From positions 1 through 35,087 of IMG/VR virus record IMGVR_UViG_3300011337_000104: a DNA stretch of 35,087 nucleotides; one strand, given 5' to 3'. Position numbers and translations under genes: made by a program. Shown here piece after piece: positions 7,919 through 17,002 of the stretch; position 1 is the first letter of the stretch; every line of letters starts with the position of its first letter. This DNA comes from a virus (lineage: Duplodnaviria; Caudoviricetes). The notes beneath the pieces were generated by a model. That model saw only the letters and a program-made list of their open reading frames with translations, did not search any database and was not told where the DNA came from.

Positions 7919-7934
7919 GATGCTCTCCTATTCC

Positions 7935-7956
7935 GGCCAGAGAATCCACTCTGGCC
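7935..7956 (-). promoter_or_regulatory. GGA-loop hairpin upstream of an RBS
   Basis: GGCCAGAG-UGGAUU-CUCUGGCC, followed by GGAAUAGGAG and AUG; no U tract. Confidence 0.6.
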
Positions 7957-7961
7957 TTGGT

Positions 7962-8228
7962 TCAACAATCTGTTGCGTCTGCAAATTCTGGCAGAGTTTT
8001 CAGGTGATCATAAGCCTGGGCATCCCAGGTTTTGCCATTTGCCTCTGGCTTGAATCCACAGCGAAAAACTGCGATGGTCGATCCACCGTTTTCTGCTGCA
8101 TTCTTGTTGGCATATGTGTGCAAGGCAACATCCAGATGATTTTTGTTGCCAGACACAGAGCCTACACGCATGTAGGCGTTCTCCAGTTCAATGCCGAACG
8201 AAGTTGAAATTTTCTTGGTCAGTGCCAT
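7962..8228 (-). CDS. small tail-associated protein (putative chaperone)
   Basis: GGAG RBS; C-terminal QAYDHLKTLPEFADATDC; follows the tailspike. Confidence 0.7.
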   Translation of the reverse strand: MALTKKISTSFGIELENAYMRVGSVSGNKNHLDVALHTYANKNAAENGGSTIAVFRCGFKPEANGKTWDAQAYDHLKTLPEFADATDC

Positions 8229-8240
8229 TTTGATCTCCGG

Positions 8241-9659
8241 TTAATAGTCACAAGGAAGTGCTGCCTCCCAATTCCATTGGGCTGTGCCGACGCCAGTCCA
8301 GTAGAGTTGGAAGTTTGTTGCGTTGAGCGCTGCGATTTGCGGGAACGATGTCACGCCAGAGCTGTTGCAGGACAAGATGATTTGATACCTTGGAACTCCT
8401 GCAAGACCGTGCGCGATGTTGGTGTACGGTGCAATGCCAGGAGTCGTGCCAAAGTTGCGAGAGACGAATCCAGTGTTGTCTTTGACTCGAATGCCAGCAT
8501 AGTTGCCCTGCACTCCAGTGAGCGCAGGATTCGGTGCTTTGTCAAAATTGTTGCCAGTCCACAGGCCACGAGTTCCAGCGATATGGTTGATGGTGTAAGC
8601 ACCAATCGTGGACTCGAATGAGTTGTTCAGTATGTAGATGTTGTCTCCTGCGGCATAAATCGGCAAGCCGCAGTTGTAGAACGTGCAATTCTGGATTGTG
8701 GTGTGGGAATTTGCATACGCAGCGCTCGTTGCGATTGCAGTGTCCCAGTTATTGAATTTGCAGTTTGTGAATGTGGCACCAGTGGCCGCAGCAAAAAGCT
8801 GGACTCCTTGTTCTCCTGGCGTGTTGGCAGCGTAGAAGGACACATTCTCAAAGACAGCGCCAGAGTTGCCAGCTTCATTGGTGATTTGCACGCCGACGAC
8901 TGCAAGTGCAGTAGTGTGGCCAATATAGCCACGCCCTGTGAAAACAGCATCGGTAGAGCCGTTGGAAATCTTGATTCCAATCTGCGTGAATCCCTCGAAG
9001 TGGAATCCATCAATCTCAGACATTGGCGCAGAGTCAAGATACATGCCAATGGTGCCACCGTCAGTAACTGGGTATTCGAACCTTCCCCACTTCTGTCGCA
9101 CACGGTAATGCACACCGACAGGATTGTTGGAATAGCAGGTGTAGACGTAGTTGTGTCCAGTCACATCGCCTGCAGTCACGCCGAGCTGGTAGCAGTCACC
9201 ACCGACGCCGAACACATTGCACCGAATCAGATGGCAGTTGCTGCACTTGTCGATCACAAAGCCGTTGCCACCTGGGAAGTTAGTCCGATGGCTGGACACG
9301 GTGATGTTCTCGATTGGAGCGCCCTCATCGTATGGGCCGGAACCAGTCTTTGTGACTCCGTGCCCAGTATGGGCCTTGTAGATGATTGCGCCATACTGCC
9401 AAGCGTTCGCGGGATCGTAGCCATCTTGCACAGATGGGCTTTCTCCAAGCACATAGACTTTGATCGGCACAACCCAAGGCGCTGTCATCTTGTACACACC
9501 AGAAGGCACAAACAGCGCCTTCTTTTGAACGCCAGCAGCCGCAGCCGCCGCATTCATTGCTGCAGTGTCGTCAGTGACGCCGTCGCCAACAGCCCCATAG
9601 TCAACCACGTTGACATAGGTGCCGTCGATCATCGAGTAGGAAACTTTTGTGAGAGCCAT
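8241..9659 (-). CDS. tailspike / depolymerase with pectate-lyase-like beta-helix
   Basis: VNVVDYGAVGDGVTDDTAA..LFVPSGVY cap motif; Asn/Cys ladder repeats; lower GC than the genome core. Confidence 0.88.
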   Translation of the reverse strand: MALTKVSYSMIDGTYVNVVDYGAVGDGVTDDTAAMNAAAAAAGVQKKALFVPSGVYKMTAPWVVPIKVYVLGESPSVQDGYDPANAWQYGAIIYKAHTGHGVTKTGSGPYDEGAPIENITVSSHRTNFPGGNGFVIDKCSNCHLIRCNVFGVGGDCYQLGVTAGDVTGHNYVYTCYSNNPVGVHYRVRQKWGRFEYPVTDGGTIGMYLDSAPMSEIDGFHFEGFTQIGIKISNGSTDAVFTGRGYIGHTTALAVVGVQITNEAGNSGAVFENVSFYAANTPGEQGVQLFAAATGATFTNCKFNNWDTAIATSAAYANSHTTIQNCTFYNCGLPIYAAGDNIYILNNSFESTIGAYTINHIAGTRGLWTGNNFDKAPNPALTGVQGNYAGIRVKDNTGFVSRNFGTTPGIAPYTNIAHGLAGVPRYQIILSCNSSGVTSFPQIAALNATNFQLYWTGVGTAQWNWEAALPCDY

Positions 9660-9668
9660 TTCTTCTCC

Positions 9669-10559
9669 TTATGAAGAGGCAATATAAGTGACTGAAAACG
9701 TCAGCACAGTTTGATTTTGGAAAATCGCCGCCGCTGGATTTGAAGACGAAGCCCCAGTGAACCCAAAAAATACGATTGTGGATGCAATGGATGGAATCTG
9801 ACCTTGCAAAGACGTGACATTCACAGCAAGGCCGCCAATCTCACCAAATGACAAGCAGCCTTTCTCGTAGGTGTTGGACGAGGTGAATGGAAGTCCAGAG
9901 ACTGTTGTCGTGCTTCCTGTCCCCAGTGTGTTGATGTAGAGGAAACCAGTTACCGTCACTTGTCGTCCGACTTTGACGTAAGAACCCCACTGGTGGAAGT
10001 AGGTCGCGTTTCCTCCAATGCTTGGAGTCCATGTCCCTCTTTCATAGTCGTCAAGCAGCTCACTGGTCATGCCTGCAGCATGGCTGGATGCGGAAAAGTC
10101 GACACCTTTGCCGGCCGTGCCAACAACTAGGTTGCCTGTGGACATGCTCACATTGCCAGTCAGCGTCGGCGTGGCGATTGAAGGTGACGTGCCAAGCACG
10201 TTGTTGCCACTTCCTGTATTGGTGACGCTGACAATCTGTTTGTTGGCATTGAGCGCCAGCGCAGTCGATGCAGTCAGACCAGACAGCGTGCTGGTGCCAG
10301 AGACAGACAGGTTCACACCGTTGAGGTCTGCACCACCTTCTACGCGCTGCCATGCGCTTCCGTTGAATACAGCCCAGTCGCCAATGCCCCAGTTGCTGAT
10401 GCCATCCAAGTTTGTTGCACCAGCGACGCTGACGACGTAATAGTCGCCCTTTGTACCAGTGCCGGAAACAAGCGCCGGCGTGTTGGTGCTGGCATCCCAG
10501 GTGCCCTTGTAATTCAATGCGCCGATGGCATTGGTAATCGATGAGACTGTTTTTAGCAT
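9669..10559 (-). CDS. tail fibre / receptor-binding adaptor protein
   Basis: AAGGAG RBS before MLKTV; YKGTWDASTNTP domain; C-terminal LDDYERGTWTP..GSYVKVGRQVT domain. Confidence 0.8.
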   Translation of the reverse strand: MLKTVSSITNAIGALNYKGTWDASTNTPALVSGTGTKGDYYVVSVAGATNLDGISNWGIGDWAVFNGSAWQRVEGGADLNGVNLSVSGTSTLSGLTASTALALNANKQIVSVTNTGSGNNVLGTSPSIATPTLTGNVSMSTGNLVVGTAGKGVDFSASSHAAGMTSELLDDYERGTWTPSIGGNATYFHQWGSYVKVGRQVTVTGFLYINTLGTGSTTTVSGLPFTSSNTYEKGCLSFGEIGGLAVNVTSLQGQIPSIASTIVFFGFTGASSSNPAAAIFQNQTVLTFSVTYIASS

Positions 10560-10569
10560 GCTCGACTCC

Positions 10570-11067
10570 TTACCCAAGCACAAACTCAATGGAAGAAGTC
10601 TGTGGAGGTGCCTGCGTGAAAGTCACATTGCCACCGGCCACTGAATAAGTGTTCTGGTTCTGATAGACGCCATTGATGTAAACAGCAGACGGAATGAATG
10701 ACACTGCAAAAATCAGTTGCACGCCATCTCCAGTGGCATTGGCAGAGATTGAGCCAGCACCTCCTCCAGAGTACAGATTGTCCAGCAGCGATGTGTAGAT
10801 CACGCTGCCGTTTTTGTTCTGCACTTGAATGCTGTAATCGCTGCCAACGTACAACCTGGCAGGCGTTCCGCTGTTCATCGGATAGCCACCGCGCGTGCGG
10901 ATTGGCTGCACAGCAGACAGTGTCTTGGCTGCATCCCAGTAGACATTCACAGGGTTGCCGATAGGGTTCAGGCCGGCAGCGCCGATCCAGATGTACCCAT
11001 CCTCCAGTGGCTGGCCATCAATGTCGGCAAATGCCGGATATGGTGCTGAAATTGAGACAGTGCTCAT
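10570..11067 (-). CDS. stand-alone P22-type tailspike head-binding domain protein
   Basis: P...F.D..G.PL..GYIWIG....P...QPIRT.GGYP..YSIQV.NKNG resembles the P22 gp9 N-terminus; short C-terminal domain. Confidence 0.8.
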   Translation of the reverse strand: MSTVSISAPYPAFADIDGQPLEDGYIWIGAAGLNPIGNPVNVYWDAAKTLSAVQPIRTRGGYPMNSGTPARLYVGSDYSIQVQNKNGSVIYTSLLDNLYSGGGAGSISANATGDGVQLIFAVSFIPSAVYINGVYQNQNTYSVAGGNVTFTQAPPQTSSIEFVLG

Positions 11068-14000
11068 CGTTGGTTCTCCTGATCGAATTGTCCGGCAGCT
11101 TGCATTGATTGCACAAGCCAGCGCTCGCGCCAGCTCAGCTCTCGCGGCATCTTGGCTGCGTCAGCGAAGCGCCGGAAAGCGGCAGAAAGCGCCACGCTGC
11201 GGATCGTGGCCTGGCTTGGGTTTGTCTTGGTCGCGCCTTCCACGGCCAGACGTTGGAACTCTGGGGATGCGATCAGCTCGTCGGCAGCCTTGAGCACCTC
11301 GGGCTTGACGCCCTTGGACAGGGCTGCCGTCAGGCCGGACGCAATGCCTGCGCCAGGCAGGCCCACAGCCGTCGTGGCGGCCTCAGCCGGGATACCGATG
11401 GCTGCGCGCTTGGCCACGTTGAAGACGTTGGACAGCAGCGAATCAGTGCCCTGCAGCTCCTGCTGGACAGCCTGGATGCGGCCGGTGGTGATGCGCTCGC
11501 GGGTGGCCTTGCGCACGTTGTTCGAGACCCGGTACAGGTCAGACAGCGCCTTCCTGGCCGGCTGCGGCAAGTTGTTCATCAGCGCCGCATAGGCCTGCTT
11601 GTTCTGCAGCAGACCCTCGTACCAGTTGGCGTAGGTGTTGAAGTTCAGCGCGCCGTTCTGCGTGGCCTTGCCGAATGCCGTATTCAGGGCCGATGAAGCC
11701 ACCATCTGGCGCATGTCCTCGGGAATGGCCTGCAGCACCTTCACCAGCTTGTCAGCGTCGCCCTTGGACAGCGCCGTGGTGGCCGTGGACAGCTTGGTGA
11801 CCAGGCTCTGGTCCAGCTCGCGCCCGAACAGCGAGATCATGTCGTCCTCGATGCCCTTGCGCATTGACACCAGACTCTTGGCCAGGCGGTACTGCTCGCC
11901 TCGGCCAGCGGCCTCGGCCAGCGCGAACTGGTCGTCGTCGATCAGTGCGTACAGGCGCTTGGCCAGGCCGGTGTCGGCGTCTTTGAATGCGCCCTGCTGG
12001 CGTGCTGCAGCGCCGATGTCGCGCCGCACGTCGTCGATCAGCGCATAGGTGGGCTGGCGCATGCCAATCACGTTTCCATCGGCGTCCTTGATCTCCTTGG
12101 GCGACAGCTTGCTGCGCACCGCCTTCTCCAGCGGGGAGAGGTTCTTCGGGCCGTCCAGGTCCAGCGCACGCTGCTCAACGAAGGCCAGCACGTTGTCGGC
12201 TGGGCCGCGCGTCTGGGCCGGGATGTTCTGGCGCAAGTCGTCGTAGGCCGTGTTGGCTCTGCGCTCCAGGTTGGCCACTGTCTGCGACAGGTTGGTGCGC
12301 ACGGCCTGGTTCATGCGGCTGAGGTCAGTCATGCCGCCGATCTGAGTGATCAGGTCGTCTGCCTGCTTACCCACGGCCTCCAGGCCGGTCAGTTCGGCTG
12401 CACGCGCCTGGCTGCCAGGGATCGACTTCACGGCCTGCGCCAGCTCGCGGTAGGCCTGGTTCGAGGTCAGGTGGTCCGGCTGCAGGTAGCCCTCGATCTT
12501 GAGCCGGCGTGCGGCCTCCAGCACCTTGGGATCGGGTGCAGCCTGGGTGGCCAGCACCTCGGTGGCTCGGCCAGCACCCATGCCGCCACCTGTGGCCGTC
12601 CTGGCGGTCTGCGCCAGCTCGGAGGTGGTCATCGGTGCGGCTGCGGCCGCAGTGGGTGCTGGAGGGGCTGCAGGGGCCATTGCCGTGCCCATCGAAGCCC
12701 CAGCAGGAGCTGGTGGGGCTGCTAGTGGCACTTCTGGGCCGATAGCGCCGGTCGGGGAAATCTCGCGCACGGTGCCAGTCGGAGGCATGATCGGTGCAGC
12801 GACCTGCTCGCCTGCTGCAGGTGCAACAGGAGGAGCCTCGCCACCACGCACAGCGCGCACCATCTGCGGAATGCGGGTGACAGCCTGGCCAGCACCACCC
12901 ATTGCTCCAGCCAGCGCCACCTCGCCAGTGTCGAATCTGCCACCAGTGCCGGCCTGAGTGGCCTCGATGCCGGCTTGCGTGGCTGCACCGCCAGCGATGG
13001 CACCAGGGATGGTGGTGGCACGGCCGGCAGGCGTGAAGGCTCCAATCGCACCAGCAGCGCGTGGGATGTCGCTGAGCTGGAAGCCTGGCTTGATGGCGTA
13101 CATCTGGCCGTCGATGGACGATTGCAGCACGAAGTTGCCCTTCTCGTCCTGGCTGACTTTCACGCCAGGGAAGTTGGCCTGGATGACCTGCACAGTTTCC
13201 TGTGGATTGGTCATCATTGTGCCCAGCGCAGACTTGAAGCTGGCCATGCTGAAGGTGTTCAGCTCAGGCATGCTGGCCCAGTCAGGCAGCGCCTGGGTGG
13301 TCGGCGTGGTGCGCTCGGTGCCGGTGACGGCCTCACGAATGCCGCCCAGCACGCCCATCGGCTCGGTTTTCTGGAGCTGGAAGCCAGTGGGCACGCGCGC
13401 CATGCCATTGGCCACGTCGCGCTCCAGCTCCATCATCTCGTCGCGCGTCATGCGGCCGGTGCGGTATGCCTCCAGGACAGGAGCCGGCAGTTCTGGGATG
13501 GTGGGCCGTGCGCCTTGCGGCTGCTGTCCACGCAGCGCAGCGCCGCGCGGCAGCATGATGTTTCCGGCCTTCACGTCAGCCTCGAACTCAGACGCCTCTG
13601 CAGGCGTCATCTGGCCACTGTTGTAGGCCTCGAATACTCGTGCGATCTGATCCTGCGGGACAGCGCCCATAGGGCTGGCACCAAGAGCACGCTGAAACGT
13701 GCTGATCGTGCCGCCTTCTGCGATGGTGGCAGCAGGACGACCTGCTGGCGCAGCCTGTGGCGTCAGCTCGCGCACGCCTTGCGAGACGCGCTGCATGTAG
13801 GCCTTGGTGCGTGGTCCCCAGTTCTTGGGGTCGGTGCCGCCGTGGTATTCGGCAGCAGCCAGCACGATGTTGCCCTGGTTGCGGTCCAGCGACTCCTTGA
13901 GCAGCAGGCCGGCAGCCTCGGCGGCCGTCTGCGGGTTCAAGTAGGCGTCGATGCCGTACTTGTCCAGCACCGCCTTGCGAGTGGCTGGAATGATCTGGAA

Positions 14001-14168
14001 CGGTGTGCGCGCGCCGGCCTCCGACACCTGGTCGGCATTGGAGCGCTCGCCGCGCGTGAGCACCGAGACCAGCAGGCCACTTGGCAGGCCGAGCTTTTGC
14101 TCGGTGTTGGCTGCCAGGTCAGACCAGAACGGGTCTTTGTAGCTGGTGGGGACTTGTTGGGTCGCCAT
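11064..14168 (-). CDS. large DNA ejection protein (gp16-like) with an N-terminal lytic transglycosylase-like domain
   Basis: 1034 aa, helical, Ala-rich; GERS..AGARTPFQIIPAT..AAAEYHGG; third ejection position. Confidence 0.8.
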   Translation of the reverse strand: MATQQVPTSYKDPFWSDLAANTEQKLGLPSGLLVSVLTRGERSNADQVSEAGARTPFQIIPATRKAVLDKYGIDAYLNPQTAAEAAGLLLKESLDRNQGNIVLAAAEYHGGTDPKNWGPRTKAYMQRVSQGVRELTPQAAPAGRPAATIAEGGTISTFQRALGASPMGAVPQDQIARVFEAYNSGQMTPAEASEFEADVKAGNIMLPRGAALRGQQPQGARPTIPELPAPVLEAYRTGRMTRDEMMELERDVANGMARVPTGFQLQKTEPMGVLGGIREAVTGTERTTPTTQALPDWASMPELNTFSMASFKSALGTMMTNPQETVQVIQANFPGVKVSQDEKGNFVLQSSIDGQMYAIKPGFQLSDIPRAAGAIGAFTPAGRATTIPGAIAGGAATQAGIEATQAGTGGRFDTGEVALAGAMGGAGQAVTRIPQMVRAVRGGEAPPVAPAAGEQVAAPIMPPTGTVREISPTGAIGPEVPLAAPPAPAGASMGTAMAPAAPPAPTAAAAAPMTTSELAQTARTATGGGMGAGRATEVLATQAAPDPKVLEAARRLKIEGYLQPDHLTSNQAYRELAQAVKSIPGSQARAAELTGLEAVGKQADDLITQIGGMTDLSRMNQAVRTNLSQTVANLERRANTAYDDLRQNIPAQTRGPADNVLAFVEQRALDLDGPKNLSPLEKAVRSKLSPKEIKDADGNVIGMRQPTYALIDDVRRDIGAAARQQGAFKDADTGLAKRLYALIDDDQFALAEAAGRGEQYRLAKSLVSMRKGIEDDMISLFGRELDQSLVTKLSTATTALSKGDADKLVKVLQAIPEDMRQMVASSALNTAFGKATQNGALNFNTYANWYEGLLQNKQAYAALMNNLPQPARKALSDLYRVSNNVRKATRERITTGRIQAVQQELQGTDSLLSNVFNVAKRAAIGIPAEAATTAVGLPGAGIASGLTAALSKGVKPEVLKAADELIASPEFQRLAVEGATKTNPSQATIRSVALSAAFRRFADAAKMPRELSWRERWLVQSMQAAGQFDQENQR

Positions 14169-14171
14169 GTT

Positions 14172-15587
14172 TTACTGTCCAGCAGGGGGTTGGGCAGGTG
14201 CTGCGCCAGGCACAGCACCAGTCTGAGGATTGGCCCAGCGCATGTAGCCTCGGCCAGACACCGCGCGGCCGGCTTGGGATGCTGCAAGGTCTTGCGCACG
14301 CTGATCCATGAACTGGCGCGCAAAGTCCACATAGGTGGTGCCCTTGGGCACCTGGATGCCTCCGATGTCGATGTCGCGGGTAGCGCGGCCGAGCGAGCCA
14401 ACAGAGTTGACCCATTCTGACTTCGCGCCTTCGGCCACGGCCTCATACTGCGACATCTTGGCCATGCCGCGCAGGAACGATGCCAGCGTGGCTGCATTGG
14501 CGGTCTCAGGTGGCAATCCCTTGAGCGCCAGCTCGATGTCTTTGTCGGTGGCCACGCCAGGTGGCAGCGATTTGATGGCCTGAGTGTTGCGCAGCCGGGT
14601 GTACTCGTTGCGCAGTTGCGTCATGGCGTCCTGGTTGCCGGTGGCCTGTTTCATCCACTCGTATGCCCTGGATGCAGCGCCAAAGCCGCCGCCCTGCTGT
14701 TCCAGGCGACTGGCCAGGTCCAGCATGCGGCCTGCAGCCTGCTCGGAGCCGACTGCAGCCACGGCCGAGTCGTTCACGATCTTGGTGGCGCTGGCGTCGA
14801 GCTGACCGCCCTTCTGGTTCAGCTCGAACAGCTTCAGCTCAACATCTGACTGCAGCCGGTCGCGGTCCAGCTTCAGCCGATTTTGATCGAGCACTAGCCG
14901 GCCAGCGCGGTCTGCGATTTGGCTGTCCAGGTTGCGAATGTTGGCCGCCGTCTGAGTGTTCTCCAGCGCCAGCCTTGTCGGCGTGTTGGCCGTGATCAGC
15001 TCTTCCTTGGTTGCGCCAGCCTCGCCAGCACGCACCTCGGCCGGTGCTTTGAGCGCCTGGATGGAAGATGTCAGCACCTTGTCGCCGCCAGGCACACCAG
15101 CCAGCATGATGCCGATGGTCTTCTGCGCGCTCTGTGGGCTGACCTCGGCCATCTGCGCCCAGGTCTCGTAGGCCTTGGCCTGGCCTTCGCGGCCGGCGTT
15201 ACGCTCGGCCGTGGCGCGCTCGCGCAGGAGCTGGATGCCGATCTGCGGCTGGTTGGCGCTGAAGGCCGACATGACCTGTCCACCGAAGCGCAGTTCGTTC
15301 TCCTGGCGATCCTTGGACAGCGTCTCCCAGTTGGCGCGCATGCTGTCGGCCTCGTTCTTGGGCAGCAGCATGGCCACGTTGGTGAAGTCGCGTGCAGATG
15401 GGTTCGGGTTCTGCATCAGTGCAGAGACCTGTGTCTGCAGTTGCTGGCGACGCGCCAGTTCTGCTTCCTGCGCCTGGCGCTGTGCCGCCACGTCTGCGAT
15501 GGTCGCGCCGATCTTGAAGCCGGACAGTGCGGCCTCGAAGGGGCTTTGGACGTTCATCTGATAGTTGATTGGCTGGACCATATTCAC
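14172..15587 (-). CDS. DNA ejection protein (gp20-like)
   Basis: Gln/Ala-rich helical protein between the gp7-like and gp16-like genes. Confidence 0.75.
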   Translation of the reverse strand: MNMVQPINYQMNVQSPFEAALSGFKIGATIADVAAQRQAQEAELARRQQLQTQVSALMQNPNPSARDFTNVAMLLPKNEADSMRANWETLSKDRQENELRFGGQVMSAFSANQPQIGIQLLRERATAERNAGREGQAKAYETWAQMAEVSPQSAQKTIGIMLAGVPGGDKVLTSSIQALKAPAEVRAGEAGATKEELITANTPTRLALENTQTAANIRNLDSQIADRAGRLVLDQNRLKLDRDRLQSDVELKLFELNQKGGQLDASATKIVNDSAVAAVGSEQAAGRMLDLASRLEQQGGGFGAASRAYEWMKQATGNQDAMTQLRNEYTRLRNTQAIKSLPPGVATDKDIELALKGLPPETANAATLASFLRGMAKMSQYEAVAEGAKSEWVNSVGSLGRATRDIDIGGIQVPKGTTYVDFARQFMDQRAQDLAASQAGRAVSGRGYMRWANPQTGAVPGAAPAQPPAGQ

Positions 15588-16501
15588 ACCTTGCTGTAGT
15601 TCACGGTGAGATAGCCACCTGCCTCGCCGACTGCGTCAGGATAGACGCCCTGCACCTCCTGCGCCATCAGGCCGATCTGTCGGCCACCGCCCCAGATGTA
15701 CTCGAACTCGTAGACGCCCAGGCCGTCCGGCCGGGTGCCGATCTTGACGATGTTGCGCTTCAGGCGTCGGTCGCTGAAGATGTTGCCGAATCCTGGCGTG
15801 CCGACCTTGGCACCGTACTGCATGCCCAGGAACTGGGCCGGTAGGTTGAGCACGTTGGCAAAGGCCTGACCCTGCGCCAGCTCTGCTCCAGCTCGTGCAG
15901 CGCCTTGCTGTCCCATAAGGTTGGCGATGTCGGCACCAGTGCGCAGGCCAGCCGTGGCCGTGCCGGCAGCTGATGCCTGGCCAATCTGCGCCAGGTTCTG
16001 CGAGGTGGTCTGGCCGAGCGCCGTCAGGCCACCCAGGCGGCCGTATTGCTTCTCGATCTCCTGCTGCAGCATCTGCGGCCGGAACTGCGCCAGTGCTGCC
16101 TGGATGTTGCCGCCACGCAAGCCACCAGTGGCCGATGCACGCTGCAGCAGCGCCTCTTCGCCCATTCGGACCTGAGATTGAAAGCCAGCGCCTCTTTCGA
16201 TGCCAGAGATGGCCGCCTGCTGGGCTTCTGGGCCACGCAGACCGAGCAGCGCCTGCTGCTGCTCCAGCGCCGGAGCGCCGGCTGCGGCATAGGGCTGCAG
16301 GCCAGTGATGGCCTGAGTGCCTGCCGTGACGTAAGGCTTGAGGATTTCCTGGACAGCATCAAACTGGCGACGCTGTTCTTCGATGCCGGCTTCTGCGGCT
16401 GCGGTTTGTGCGCCTGCAGCTTTGCTGGCTGCTCGGCTTTGCATCATGCCGCCGACGACTTGCGAGCCGCCGACGACGAGCGCGGTTACTGGATCAGGCA
16501 T
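15584..16501 (-). CDS. DNA ejection protein (gp7-like) with C-terminal S74-type autocleaving chaperone domain
   Basis: Gly/Ala/Gln-rich, ASATGGLRGGNIQAAL motif; FSDRRLKRNI..GLMAQEV..VNYSKV. Confidence 0.82.
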   Translation of the reverse strand: MPDPVTALVVGGSQVVGGMMQSRAASKAAGAQTAAAEAGIEEQRRQFDAVQEILKPYVTAGTQAITGLQPYAAAGAPALEQQQALLGLRGPEAQQAAISGIERGAGFQSQVRMGEEALLQRASATGGLRGGNIQAALAQFRPQMLQQEIEKQYGRLGGLTALGQTTSQNLAQIGQASAAGTATAGLRTGADIANLMGQQGAARAGAELAQGQAFANVLNLPAQFLGMQYGAKVGTPGFGNIFSDRRLKRNIVKIGTRPDGLGVYEFEYIWGGGRQIGLMAQEVQGVYPDAVGEAGGYLTVNYSKV

Positions 16502-16943
16502 GGCTGAACTCCTTCATGTAGTCTTCCAGCGTCTCGCCGTACAGTTCCATGACCTGCTGCGCAGCCTGCGTGGCGCGCTGCGTGCCGTGGCACACAGCCA
16601 CGACCATCAGCACCACGTCGTAGTAGCCTGCACGCCAGACGAATGAGCGCGCGTCGGCTTTGCCTGCGCGCTCGGCCTGGTCGGAGGCCTGCCACTTGAG
16701 AATCATAGACGCCACGACTGGCGCAAGGGTATGAGAGTTGGCCTGCCAGAAGGTATTCTGGTTCATTCCGACCAACGTGTTCCAGATGGTAGCGTTGAGG
16801 TCTTCGCGCTCGACAGGATCGCCGTCAGCAACATCGTCGAAGACCTGGATCGCGCCCCAAAGCATGAGCAGCCACTCGACGGCCGGCGCAGGCAGCGCGA
16901 AAACCCTTTGCAGGTTTTCTTTCAGCCAATCGACATTACTCAT
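16494..16943 (-). CDS. helical DDxxD-motif protein at the P22 gp14 position
   Basis: GGAGG RBS; FDDVADGD; overlaps the gp7-like start. Confidence 0.8.
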   Translation of the reverse strand: MSNVDWLKENLQRVFALPAPAVEWLLMLWGAIQVFDDVADGDPVEREDLNATIWNTLVGMNQNTFWQANSHTLAPVVASMILKWQASDQAERAGKADARSFVWRAGYYDVVLMVVAVCHGTQRATQAAQQVMELYGETLEDYMKEFSHA

Positions 16944-17002
16944 GCGCGCAACCCTCCAGTGGTCGGATGAGCTGCTGGCGGCTCGATAAGCTCAGCACCT
17001 GC

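Noticed and set aside
12600-12860. Pro/Ala-rich stretch as a tandem repeat or insertion element
   Set aside because: Low-complexity in-frame linker with no exact periodicity or element ends
16960-17000. TPP or SAH riboswitch (GCUGAG; GAGC..GCCAG..GCUC)
   Set aside because: Only short word matches; the rest of each consensus is missing
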